DNA from: a virus
Taxonomy: Duplodnaviria > Caudoviricetes
Strand: one strand, 5' to 3'
IMG/VR virus record: IMGVR_UViG_3300021602_000008
Location: 1,217 to 65,216 of that record
DNA length: 64,000 nt
The translations under genes were made by a program, and so were the position numbers. Shown here piece by piece: positions 1 through 9,621 of this stretch; positions within the stretch are counted from its first letter, which is position 1, and the number at the start of each line of letters is the position of its first letter. Below the pieces are notes generated by a model that was given only the letters and a program-made list of their open reading frames with translations, was not told the DNA's origin and did no database searches.

Positions 1-63
1 GGCAAGGGACGTTTCCTTACCAATGAACTTGTACCTTGGAAAAACGATGGACAATCAAACTGA
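1..63 (+). CDS. 3' end of a gene entering from the left edge (partial)
   Basis: Frame 1 is open from base 1 (GKGRFLTNELVPWKNDGQSN*) and ends at TGA 61-63, overlapping the next start. Confidence 0.45.
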   Translation, partial: GKGRFLTNELVPWKNDGQSN

Positions 64-577
64 TATCTTCGACATCTTGAATGAGATTCCTGTCCTTACT
101 CCTGAAGGTCGGTCTGTTCCACAATTCAAGAATCTTGCAAAGAAACATGATGTTGCTGAGTTCGATCAGTTATGCATGTATCTGTATTTTGTTTACCACA
201 AGAAGAGTGTGTATTTTGATATGCTTCCCATTGAGAGGAAGCAGTTGGTATGCAAGGATCGCCTCAAGGTTAAGTCAGGTGATTGGAAGAAGTGGGATAT
301 GCAGGAAGGTGTTTGTGAATGTGCAGAGTTCATGAATAACATACAGTTCAATGTAACTGAGAAGTTGTTCAATGGCATCAGTAAAAAGATCGAGGAGTAT
401 TTAAAGTTTTGGCAAGACACTGAAATATCGGAAAAAAATCATAATATTGTTGCTGATAGCGTGAAGAACGCGTCTATGCTTGTCAAGTTGCGTGATGATT
501 TGGAGAAACAGATCTTTCGCAAGAGTGATGAGGACAGGGCATATGGCGGTTCCAAATCAACACGCTTCGAGGGATAA
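47..577 (+). CDS. Conserved crAss-like protein, possible terminase small subunit
   Basis: Helical ORF (LYFVY..S.Y motif, C-terminal RAYGG) resembling the gene usually found upstream of TerL in crAss-like phages; start moved from 23 to ATG 47 to limit overlap with the upstream gene. Confidence 0.45.
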   Translation: MDNQTDIFDILNEIPVLTPEGRSVPQFKNLAKKHDVAEFDQLCMYLYFVYHKKSVYFDMLPIERKQLVCKDRLKVKSGDWKKWDMQEGVCECAEFMNNIQFNVTEKLFNGISKKIEEYLKFWQDTEISEKNHNIVADSVKNASMLVKLRDDLEKQIFRKSDEDRAYGGSKSTRFEG

Positions 578-580
578 ACC

Positions 581-817
581 ATGTGGTGGAATAAGGACAA
601 CGCTACTACCCCAAGTCCATTCAACACCGGCACTGCCGATGATGAATTGGGCCTTTTTTACAAAAGACAATCCTGTACACAATGCGATGATGATTGTTGC
701 ATACTTCTTGAAGGGGTTAATGAACCAATTATTCTTGAGGCAAGTGAGTCATGTATTATGCTTGAGGGTTGTGATGAAGAATTGGATATTTATTATCTTC
801 GTGCAATAACAAGTTAA
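581..817 (+). CDS. Small acidic Cys-rich protein with I(L/I/M)LE repeats, probable fibre-associated virion protein
   Basis: 78 aa, 6 Cys, ILLE/IILE/IMLE repeats; packs 3 nt after the previous stop. Confidence 0.6.
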   Translation: MWWNKDNATTPSPFNTGTADDELGLFYKRQSCTQCDDDCCILLEGVNEPIILEASESCIMLEGCDEELDIYYLRAITS

Positions 818-827
818 AGCAAAAACC

Positions 828-1370
828 ATGTCAGGAATCCCGATATCATTGATGCCATTAGTATTGCAACCAAATGCAACAGATAAGATTCCACTTTCAC
901 AGGGTGTTAATCTTGGTGACAACAAGAGCATTGAATGGCAACAGTTGGTGAACCTTCTTTCTTCTTTATGCATACAGGCAGGACAGACATCCAATTATAC
1001 AAACACGAATACCACACCTGTTGTAATACCGAATTTCTATACCATCATACCTCAAGGTAAATGGTTATTGACATTCACATCGTGCATTGGTGGCAATGGA
1101 ATCACAAGTGATTTATTGTCGTACTATCTTGCAACGAATTCAAATGTGTCATTGGTTTCCTATGATGCAAGTGATGTTTCCTTATTGGAAACAGAACGTA
1201 CACAATCCTATCCTATTACAGGACTTGGGATATTCACCATTGCAACACAATCATTTGTACTCACCGTTCCTGTTGGGGAGCAACGCATCATCAAGCCTAC
1301 ATTCACTTCGGCTACGGGAGTATCCTATACAGTTTATTCACGTGTTCTTACCGCACAAAAAACAATATAA
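828..1370 (+). CDS. Putative fibre/structural protein
   Basis: N-terminus IPISLMP...ATDKIPLSQG resembles fibre attachment segments; Thr/Ser-rich beta C-terminus. Confidence 0.55.
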   Translation: MSGIPISLMPLVLQPNATDKIPLSQGVNLGDNKSIEWQQLVNLLSSLCIQAGQTSNYTNTNTTPVVIPNFYTIIPQGKWLLTFTSCIGGNGITSDLLSYYLATNSNVSLVSYDASDVSLLETERTQSYPITGLGIFTIATQSFVLTVPVGEQRIIKPTFTSATGVSYTVYSRVLTAQKTI

Positions 1371-1372
1371 TC

Positions 1373-2659
1373 ATGGGACCAAATTTCTTTCCTGCCGGAT
1401 TCAGCAAAGTCTTCAATAGAAGTACAAGCAATCCTGTACCAAATCCTATCAAGGATATTGACATTCCATATGCTCCATTGATTTCAATCACTTATGGAAA
1501 CCTTCAGACTCTAATTTCCAATAGACAGATTTCTCCAGGACAACATTATCTTATCAATGATAAGGGTGACGAAGGTGTAATTGTAACGGGTGCAACAGAT
1601 TCATCCGTTTCTGAAGAGGCCATTGCAAATATGTTGAATGCTGACTTTCAAAAAGTTGGTGATTACTCAGGAATTTCAGGATTTGTTTTTGGTACTAACC
1701 TACAACTTGGAATTTGGACAATAGCACTTACTCCAAACAAGAATGATATCTGTATTTGGAACAATGACCATTACATCAATAAATTAGGTGCCAATGATAT
1801 CACTTCACCTGATATTGATGGGGTGAATTGGAAGAAGATCTCAACAAGAGATGTGGTATCAGGATTTATCCGCGAGTCAAGGAATATTATGTTCTCAATG
1901 GATTATGGCTTATGGTTTTCAGAAAAGGATTTTACTGGCAATGATGTATTCGGAAACCATCATTTGTTCCCTTGGGGAAACACATTGATTTCAAAGACAA
2001 CTGCATTGCTTGGAAATACCAATACCGATCTGAGAAATTTTCTCGGATCTATGAATGACAATAACTTTGATCTTGAATTTGGTGCATCAGCAATCATTGC
2101 TGACAATACAACAACAGCACAGATCATCACCACAACAATCAAGGGTGATGCATTGAATCCAACAACTGTTGATTTCACTAATTGTGAAGGAAGCATTACC
2201 AATTGTTGGTTCAGCAATGGATGCCATCTGACAATTCCAATGCAACCGGCGTCGGCACTTACCAATATCAAAATACACTTGCCTTTCATAATCAGTTTTG
2301 ATCCCAATACAACACTTACTGATATTACCATTGAAAATGGATTCAGCAATTATACAGGGATTATAGATATTACAGCTTTGGATACCATTGATCTTGTAAC
2401 CAATGAGGCTGCAGGAATCATTTCATTGTTCAGTTCAAATGCCACAGAAACAATAAAGACAATATCAATGTCTCAGGAATATTTTCCTGTAAGATTCTAT
2501 GTTGAGCCAGGATTGACAGTGACATTTATTTCTCTTGGAATAACAGGGATTAAATTAGTTGGTGGCGGCCCTGCCATTATCAATGGTACAACCGGTGATT
2601 GGATTGAATTCCAATCAATAGGTGGAGTAATCTATGAAACAAATAAAGGACAATACTAA
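1373..2659 (+). CDS. Putative tail fibre/spike (receptor-binding) protein
   Basis: 428 aa; ITYGNLQTLISNRQISPGQHYLIND segment typical of Bacteroidetes phage fibres; Asn/Thr/Ile-rich beta-helix-like middle region. Confidence 0.6.
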   Translation: MGPNFFPAGFSKVFNRSTSNPVPNPIKDIDIPYAPLISITYGNLQTLISNRQISPGQHYLINDKGDEGVIVTGATDSSVSEEAIANMLNADFQKVGDYSGISGFVFGTNLQLGIWTIALTPNKNDICIWNNDHYINKLGANDITSPDIDGVNWKKISTRDVVSGFIRESRNIMFSMDYGLWFSEKDFTGNDVFGNHHLFPWGNTLISKTTALLGNTNTDLRNFLGSMNDNNFDLEFGASAIIADNTTTAQIITTTIKGDALNPTTVDFTNCEGSITNCWFSNGCHLTIPMQPASALTNIKIHLPFIISFDPNTTLTDITIENGFSNYTGIIDITALDTIDLVTNEAAGIISLFSSNATETIKTISMSQEYFPVRFYVEPGLTVTFISLGITGIKLVGGGPAIINGTTGDWIEFQSIGGVIYETNKGQY

Positions 2660-2670
2660 AACAGAAAACA

Positions 2671-3138
2671 ATGGAAGTAGTACACTCAGAAAAAAAGAAA
2701 GAAATGAAAACAGAAAACGGAAGAAAAACGATTTCAATTGCAAATATTGAGATCCTTACAGACCTTGCTCCTGCATTGCAGTTGTTCAAGGCAATCACAT
2801 TGCCTGGTGCGGTAACGTATTGTGGTGTAAAATCACTCAATGCCTGTACCCAAAAACTCCTTGAATATGACAAGGATAGAATGGAAATCCTTAATCGTTA
2901 TTGCAAGAAAGACGAAGCAGGTAACTCAGTTAAGATCATTACCGATGGAAAGGAATGGTTTGATTTTAACGATGACGAGAACAAGGAAAAAGCGAATATC
3001 GAGATACAGGCGTGTCTTGAGAGAAAGGTTTCATTTGAGATACGACAAGTGAGAATGAGTGACATCAAACAGATTAGCATCTCAGGCGAATTGCTTGAAC
3101 GATTGATTGAACGACAATTCATTATTGATGACCTTTAA
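2671..3138 (+). CDS. Hypothetical protein, DUF1617-like, possible fibre chaperone
   Basis: 155 aa charged helical protein with R.EIL.RYCKKDE.G motif, directly after a fibre gene. Confidence 0.5.
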   Translation: MEVVHSEKKKEMKTENGRKTISIANIEILTDLAPALQLFKAITLPGAVTYCGVKSLNACTQKLLEYDKDRMEILNRYCKKDEAGNSVKIITDGKEWFDFNDDENKEKANIEIQACLERKVSFEIRQVRMSDIKQISISGELLERLIERQFIIDDL

Positions 3139-3154
3139 ATAAAAAATAAAAACC

Positions 3155-3412
3155 ATGAGTATCTTCTCCAATTTCCATTCAAAAAGAACAGACTTCACAT
3201 TGTGGGTTCCTGTTCTATCTTGTTGTTCAATTCCCCAAGATGAATCACGTGAAACAAATTTGACTTACAACAAATGTTGTATCGACAAGTTTCTTCATGA
3301 TCGTGGACAGAATGTTGGAAATGGGATGATACGCAGTGGTGCTCCATTCCGTGCACAAATAGTTTCAATTTCAGTAGGACCAGGAAATGCAATATCATTG
3401 GCTATACATTAA
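3155..3412 (+). CDS. Hypothetical protein with two CC pairs
   Basis: 85-aa ORF with A-rich leader, fills the operon gap. Confidence 0.55.
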   Translation: MSIFSNFHSKRTDFTLWVPVLSCCSIPQDESRETNLTYNKCCIDKFLHDRGQNVGNGMIRSGAPFRAQIVSISVGPGNAISLAIH

Positions 3413-3441
3413 TAATCCCTAACCACGTAGAGATACGAAAA

Positions 3442-3726
3442 ATGAAAACTATTGTGACAAACCTAGATAGCCATCCTTTTGTAAGCTTCATGCTCTCGAT
3501 AATGTTGCTTCTAACAGGTCATGGATTACATGACTTACAATTGCAGGCACCGAACATAAGTGAACTTCATATGCACATATCACCGGTAATTATAGAACTC
3601 TTGCAGTGTGTAGCGTATATTGGTGCGGGTGTAACTGGAGGTGTATCAGGTCACGGATGGATGATCAAGCAGAAATGGTATGTTAAATACACACAAAAGA
3701 AAATAGAAACCAAGAAAAAGAAATGA
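3442..3726 (+). CDS. Small membrane protein, possible holin
   Basis: Two hydrophobic segments and a very basic C-terminus (KKIETKKKK). Confidence 0.5.
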   Translation: MKTIVTNLDSHPFVSFMLSIMLLLTGHGLHDLQLQAPNISELHMHISPVIIELLQCVAYIGAGVTGGVSGHGWMIKQKWYVKYTQKKIETKKKK

Positions 3727-3944
3727 CAGATCCAAAGAAAGTGCCATTCTCAAAGATAGATGGAGTAGTTGTATTTGAAGACAACGATGGTATGGTTGTG
3801 CAATATGACAACAATGATATTGCACAATGTGATCGCATCAAGTTCCTTGAAAAGGATCCCGAAAAACTCGATGCGATGTTCAAGATAATCTATAATCTCA
3901 AAAAGGAATTCGGTTGCAGTATCGGTTTGGTAATGAAGGATTGA
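3723..3944 (+). CDS. Hypothetical protein
   Basis: 73-aa ORF with ATGA overlap to the previous gene. Confidence 0.55.
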   Translation: MTDPKKVPFSKIDGVVVFEDNDGMVVQYDNNDIAQCDRIKFLEKDPEKLDAMFKIIYNLKKEFGCSIGLVMKD

Positions 3945-3956
3945 AATTGAAAGCAT

Positions 3957-5828
3957 ATGTTCAAGGACACGCATCTATTCTCTCCTGTAATCTTGGATGG
4001 CTTAACACGTGCACATCCAAGAAGCATTGATTATGCCGAATGGTGGGATGAACAGTTCCGCAGATGCAAGGAAGGTTATATTATTGATGATGTACGTATA
4101 ACCGGAAACCATTATTTCTATCTTAATTTTTGGAAGATACGTGGTGTTGATAAGAAGACAGGACGTAAGGATTTAATTGCCCCCGATTTCATTGACATGG
4201 ACTATGAATTCTTCCATGACATCGAGGATGCCCGACTAACAGGAAAGAACCAATGTTTCGCAAAACGAAGACAGGTAGGTTACTCTGAAAAGGTCGCTTC
4301 GCTAGCAGGACACGAATTCACTTTTTTCAATAACTCACAGACTGTTATTCTCGCGGGTGAAGAAAAGTATTCAAACAATACCATGCGGATGGTTATCCGT
4401 GGACTGAATTCCTTGAAGGGAACTGAATTCTACAAGCGTAGAAGTCCAGATACATTGGATCACATTCAGGCACGATATAAGGTTGTCGAGAATGGTGTTC
4501 CAATTTTCCGTGGTTCCAATAGTGAGATCTACAATATTACCTGTAAAAATAATCCGCAGGCTACTGCAGGTAAGTCACCATCATTAGCCATCTTCGAGGA
4601 GAGTGGTCGTTTTCCAGGAATACGTGCCACTTATCGTTACCTACAACCGTCATTGGAAACAAACTTCGTGAAGACGGGATTTGCCGTTATGATCGGAACA
4701 GGTGGTGAGATGGATAATGGTGCCGATGAATTGGAAGATATCTTCTATGATCCTGAAGGATACGATATGTATTCTTATGAGAATCATTGGGGAGAGGGAT
4801 TGAGTGACAAACTGATTTGTCGTTTTGTTCCTGCATGGAAATTCGCGGTAATCGATAAGGATGGCAATTCATTGAAGGAACCTTCAATGGAAAAGATCAA
4901 TGAGTCAAGATCAAAATCATTGAAGAGCAAGGATCCCAATTCATGGATCCAACAACTTACGCAGATGCCACTTACTCCTGAAGAGTGTTTCATGCGTACA
5001 GGTGGAAACATGTTCGATGCAGGAAAACTCAATGCACGTTTGGCTGAGATACGCAGATCGCGTGAACTCTCATCACTTGCACAGAAAGGTGATCTTGAAT
5101 GGGTACGCGATAACAATGGAAAGATAACAGGTGTTGAATGGACACCGAATGTGATAAGTGGAAAGTTCCTTATTTATGAACATCCAATGAAGGATGGTAA
5201 TGGGAATGTATTCCTGAATCTATACAAGGCCGCTACCGATAGTTACGATAAGGATCAGGCAAACACATCCAAATCAAAGGGATCTTGCCAGGTATTCAAG
5301 ACTTTCAAGGACATCAATACAAGTGCAAATAAATTCGTTGCACGTTGTACGGAACGCCCTGAGAAAGCGGAAGAGTTTCATGAGATGAGTGCCAAGTTGT
5401 GTTACTACTACATGTGTGCAAATCTAATTGAGTGGTCCAACATTAGCATATTCAATTGGTATGAACGTCATGGACTTACACATTTCCTTAAGGAACGACC
5501 GCGTGTTGCGTATGCAAATGTGAAGGATAGCAAGGTTAATAATAAGTTCGGAGTTGATCCATCGACAAAAGAATATTGGTTGATAAAATACAGGGATTAC
5601 ATCAAGGATAATGTTGACAAGATGGATGATATTGACCAAATCATTGCAGCGATAAACTATCGTGATGAGAAAGGTTATAACTGTGACGTTACAATTTCAT
5701 CTTCACTTTGTCTTGTACATGCAGAGGATGACATGAGCATCACCGTCAAGGCGAAGGAAACAAAAAAAACAGAGTTCTTCCATTACACCACAGGTAAGGA
5801 TGGAAGATTCCAACACAAGTTCAATTAA
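3957..5828 (+). CDS. terL: Terminase large subunit
   Basis: crAss-type N-terminus (ITGNHYFYLNF), Walker A KRRQVGYS, Walker B IFEESG, GTGG motif, RNase H-like nuclease with TDSYD. Confidence 0.93.
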   Translation: MFKDTHLFSPVILDGLTRAHPRSIDYAEWWDEQFRRCKEGYIIDDVRITGNHYFYLNFWKIRGVDKKTGRKDLIAPDFIDMDYEFFHDIEDARLTGKNQCFAKRRQVGYSEKVASLAGHEFTFFNNSQTVILAGEEKYSNNTMRMVIRGLNSLKGTEFYKRRSPDTLDHIQARYKVVENGVPIFRGSNSEIYNITCKNNPQATAGKSPSLAIFEESGRFPGIRATYRYLQPSLETNFVKTGFAVMIGTGGEMDNGADELEDIFYDPEGYDMYSYENHWGEGLSDKLICRFVPAWKFAVIDKDGNSLKEPSMEKINESRSKSLKSKDPNSWIQQLTQMPLTPEECFMRTGGNMFDAGKLNARLAEIRRSRELSSLAQKGDLEWVRDNNGKITGVEWTPNVISGKFLIYEHPMKDGNGNVFLNLYKAATDSYDKDQANTSKSKGSCQVFKTFKDINTSANKFVARCTERPEKAEEFHEMSAKLCYYYMCANLIEWSNISIFNWYERHGLTHFLKERPRVAYANVKDSKVNNKFGVDPSTKEYWLIKYRDYIKDNVDKMDDIDQIIAAINYRDEKGYNCDVTISSSLCLVHAEDDMSITVKAKETKKTEFFHYTTGKDGRFQHKFN

Positions 5829-5846
5829 AAATAATATCTTTATATC

Positions 5847-8363
5847 ATGGGATTGCCAAGTCAGAATATACCGGAAAAAGAGAAAGACTTCAATTGGGGC
5901 AAGAGTTGCGTTACATCAATCATAAAGATGGTAGGCAATTCGTATTTGCTGAAGATGAAGGATAAGTTCTGTTTTGATATGTACAATGGTGTATTCAATG
6001 AAGCTGATTATGATTATCTACGTAAGGTTGATTCATATGAATATCCTGCAAAGATCCGTTTCATTCCGCTTCTAAGACCAAAGGCAGATCTTCTACGCAG
6101 TCAGGAAATACAACGTCCATTTAAATTCCGTCCATATACCGTTGATCAAACAAGTGTTGAACAGAAAAGTGATGCTGTTACACGCGAGGTTCTTGGAGTG
6201 ATCAAGAACAAGATGATGATGAAACTTCAATTGATCACATCTGCAAAGGAGCAACTTGAACAGGTACGTGGTCAGATTGATCAAATGCAACAACAGGCAC
6301 AACAGGAAGGAAAGCAGATTCCACCTCAACAGATGGCCGCCATGAAACAAGCTCAGAATGAATTGGATCTCGCCATGAGTCCATTGAGTTCAGAACAGAT
6401 TCTTTCACAGGCAGAACTTGAAAAGATAGATACTTACTACAAATACACACACCGTGATTTCCTTGAAGTTATCGGTGAGAATTCCCTGAACTACATGATT
6501 GCAAAGTATCGCATACGTGATATGTTCAATCGTGGTTTTGAGGACAAGATGTGTACCGATAAGGAATATTACTATGCACACTATCATCCAGGGGATCCGG
6601 ATCCTGTGGTACGCCGTGTTAATCCATTGAACTTCTATTATTCGAATGATGAGGAATCAACATGGGTTGGTGATGCAGAGTGGACAATGGAAGAGCGTTA
6701 CATGACACTAAATCAGATAATCGATGAGTTCAAGTTCGACATCAAGGAGGAGCATATGGAAATCCTCAAGAAGAAATTCTTCTATTACTATGACGCTTCG
6801 CGTTTCGCATTTTATCCAAATACATTCCAATATGGAAACCCTGCAGACTATAACACAGACAACTGTTTTGGTACTTCATTATACGCAGGTACTATGGACT
6901 TGTCCAACAAGATCCGTGTGTGTTATGCAACATGGAAAAGTACACGCGAACTGAAATTCAAACAATCACCAAATAAATATATTCCTGATATGCCATTCAC
7001 CCATTGGATGAATGATGATGATGATGCACCACGAAAGGAAGAGACATTAGTTGCCCGTTATGTAAATGATATTTGGGAAGGTGTTGCGATCGATAGCAAT
7101 ATTTTTCTTAGAATACAAAAGATGCCTTACCAATTGCGTGAGATCGATACTTATGGAAAGGTAAGCAATCCTTATATCGGATGGGCCCATAACAATATTG
7201 AACGCAGACCATACTCATTGATTTGGGCTGCCAAGGACATTCAGATCCTTTATAACCTGATCCATTACCACAAGGAATTGTGGCTTGCTCTTTCAGGTGT
7301 AAAGGGTTTCATCATGGATAAATCACAGATGCCTGATGGTATGTCAATGCAAGAATGGTTATACCAACGTAAACTTGGTATGGGATGGATACAAAGTGTA
7401 CGCGAAGGACTCACACGGCAACCTACCTATAATCAATTCCAATCCTTTGACGATTCCATTTCTCCGGCAATACAATATCTAACTGGAATCCTAAGTCATC
7501 TTGAAGAACTCGCAAGTAATATAATGGGAGTATCAAGACAACGATTGGGAGCAATGAATAACAGTGATGGAAAAGGTACATCAGAGATGGCAATATCTCA
7601 GAGTGCCTTGGTTACTGAAATCATCTTTCATCAACATGATCAGGTAAAACGAAGGGTTCTTGAACGCACATTGAATCTTTGCCGATTGGCATGGAAAGGT
7701 GGAAAGCGAGGACAATATGTTATTGGTGAAATGGCACAGGCTATATTGAATGTTCCTGAAGGAGCATTGAATAGTGCTCAGTTTGAGGTATGGATGGATG
7801 ATAATGGAAAACAGGAGCGTCTCATTACGGACCTTCGCCAGGTCGCTGCACAACAATATGGAAAAGGTGCGGTGACATTAAATCAATTGGTTCATTTCTT
7901 TACCCTTGATAACTTAAAGGATCTTGAACATACACTTGAAAAGTATGGTGATCTTGCCGAGCAAAAGGCAGGTCAGGCATTTGAAAGTCAGCAACAGGCA
8001 GATGCAGCAAAGGATAAGGCTAATGCCGATCTTCAGATCATGCTTGAGAAAATAAAGGCAGGTTATCAGAATGCTGATATTGAAATACAACAGAAGAAAC
8101 TTGATCTTGATTCAATGAAATTCAAGGAAGAAACCCGTCTTCGTGAAATGGAGATCACTACAAGAAGCAGTGACTCACGTTACACAACAGATGAAAAAGC
8201 TTCTGTGGATCTTAAGTATCTTGAAAGTGAAAACCAACAATCGCTTCTTGAATATCAGAATGAACGCGAGAAGATTGCAATGGATATGCATATAAAAAAC
8301 AAGGATATTGCAAGCAAGAATGCGATGGGTGTGAAAAAACAAAATGCTTCTAAAAGAAGTTGA
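5847..8363 (+). CDS. Portal protein
   Basis: 838 aa directly after TerL; LPSQ..P.KEK..W N-terminus, GVSRQRLG motif and coiled-coil C-terminus as in crAss-like portals. Confidence 0.9.
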   Translation: MGLPSQNIPEKEKDFNWGKSCVTSIIKMVGNSYLLKMKDKFCFDMYNGVFNEADYDYLRKVDSYEYPAKIRFIPLLRPKADLLRSQEIQRPFKFRPYTVDQTSVEQKSDAVTREVLGVIKNKMMMKLQLITSAKEQLEQVRGQIDQMQQQAQQEGKQIPPQQMAAMKQAQNELDLAMSPLSSEQILSQAELEKIDTYYKYTHRDFLEVIGENSLNYMIAKYRIRDMFNRGFEDKMCTDKEYYYAHYHPGDPDPVVRRVNPLNFYYSNDEESTWVGDAEWTMEERYMTLNQIIDEFKFDIKEEHMEILKKKFFYYYDASRFAFYPNTFQYGNPADYNTDNCFGTSLYAGTMDLSNKIRVCYATWKSTRELKFKQSPNKYIPDMPFTHWMNDDDDAPRKEETLVARYVNDIWEGVAIDSNIFLRIQKMPYQLREIDTYGKVSNPYIGWAHNNIERRPYSLIWAAKDIQILYNLIHYHKELWLALSGVKGFIMDKSQMPDGMSMQEWLYQRKLGMGWIQSVREGLTRQPTYNQFQSFDDSISPAIQYLTGILSHLEELASNIMGVSRQRLGAMNNSDGKGTSEMAISQSALVTEIIFHQHDQVKRRVLERTLNLCRLAWKGGKRGQYVIGEMAQAILNVPEGALNSAQFEVWMDDNGKQERLITDLRQVAAQQYGKGAVTLNQLVHFFTLDNLKDLEHTLEKYGDLAEQKAGQAFESQQQADAAKDKANADLQIMLEKIKAGYQNADIEIQQKKLDLDSMKFKEETRLREMEITTRSSDSRYTTDEKASVDLKYLESENQQSLLEYQNEREKIAMDMHIKNKDIASKNAMGVKKQNASKRS

Positions 8364-8377
8364 TAATAAGGATTTTG

Positions 8378-8385
8378 TATATTTG
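8378..8385 (+). promoter_or_regulatory. Bacteroidetes -7 promoter element (TAnnTTTG)
   Basis: TATATTTG in the intergenic gap 24 nt before the ATG at 8410. Confidence 0.5.
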
Positions 8386-8409
8386 ACAATAAAATAAAAT
8401 AAAAAAACC

Positions 8410-9597
8410 ATGGCACGCAATGTCGACATGAACAAAGTAAGTAAAGTTGAAACTCCTTATGGTAATGGATATTATCATGATGGAAAACTTTATTCTGAAG
8501 ATGATTGGCACAAGTATCTGAGTGATGGTGGTAATATTGGACAACAATATCACTCTCCTTCAGGTGATGCAAGAATCATTAATGTTGGTGGAGGATCAGG
8601 TGCAGGAGCAGGTGCTATTGGTAAAAAATCATTTTTTGATGGTGGTACTCCAATGTTGAAAAAAGGTGGATCACCTCAATTGAAACCCGGTGATACAGGT
8701 TATGTGAATCCAAACAAACCAAAACCTAATTATTCATTGTTGAATTCAATGTCAACAAATCAGACTGTTAATCAAGCACCTAATGAAGAGTCAACTGAAC
8801 CTGTTGATAATGCTGCTGAAGAGAATCAGGAAAGACCTATTGCAAATAGCAATGCTACACCTAATGATTGGCAGGAAAATATTGGTGTAAACAGTAAAAA
8901 ATATTTAGAACAAAATGTATATGATAATCAGTATGCAGCTAAGAATGGGCAAGCATATAAGTATTCTTCTGAAACATTAACTCCTGAACAAAAACGTGAT
9001 GAATTTGCTAATAGTGATTATGCAAAGATTCTAATGGGAGGAAATACTACACCTCCTGCAAATGCGACAGCATTGAATACTTCAGCAAAAGCAAATAGTG
9101 ATAGTAATGATGTTATTGAATCGCCACCTGCAGGAGCAAAAATATTTCAACCAAACGATAAAGGAACACAGTTAACAGGTAATAATGGTCAACCACAAGG
9201 TCAACCTACACAAAAAACAAGTGCACCTGCAAAGAAATCTGCACCTACAACTGCACAACCTAAAGTTTCTGCACCAGGTGGAAGCGGATTAGGAACAACA
9301 GATGCTTTTTCTATTAGTACACCTTCACCAAGATATCAAGGAATTGGAACACAAGAACCTGGAATGACAGTTAATGGATTTACTGATCCAATGGAAAGAT
9401 GGAATGCAAATGTAAATCCCAATACTTCTGCGGATACACATGTAAAAGGATATGGTGAACTAAATAAAAATAATCAATTATACAATAAATGGACAGGAGA
9501 TCATTTTGTTGTTATTGATGTAAATGGAAATGTTATAAGAAAGTCATCAGATAATGATATTAAATCATATCCTAAGACACAGACTTCCAATCACTAA
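8410..9597 (+). CDS. Low-complexity Cys-free protein, probable internal virion/cargo protein
   Basis: 395 aa, N/P/T/Q/G-rich, with xxxGG motifs (LSDGG, FFDGG, LKKGG); lies between portal and scaffold. Confidence 0.6.
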   Translation: MARNVDMNKVSKVETPYGNGYYHDGKLYSEDDWHKYLSDGGNIGQQYHSPSGDARIINVGGGSGAGAGAIGKKSFFDGGTPMLKKGGSPQLKPGDTGYVNPNKPKPNYSLLNSMSTNQTVNQAPNEESTEPVDNAAEENQERPIANSNATPNDWQENIGVNSKKYLEQNVYDNQYAAKNGQAYKYSSETLTPEQKRDEFANSDYAKILMGGNTTPPANATALNTSAKANSDSNDVIESPPAGAKIFQPNDKGTQLTGNNGQPQGQPTQKTSAPAKKSAPTTAQPKVSAPGGSGLGTTDAFSISTPSPRYQGIGTQEPGMTVNGFTDPMERWNANVNPNTSADTHVKGYGELNKNNQLYNKWTGDHFVVIDVNGNVIRKSSDNDIKSYPKTQTSNH

Positions 9598-9621
9598 GAA
9601 CAAACCAAATAAAAACAGACA

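Noticed and set aside
9589-9606. AATCACTAAGAACAAAC resembling the cassette junction repeat
   Set aside because: Only a partial match in A-rich sequence and lacks the GACTAATATG core.
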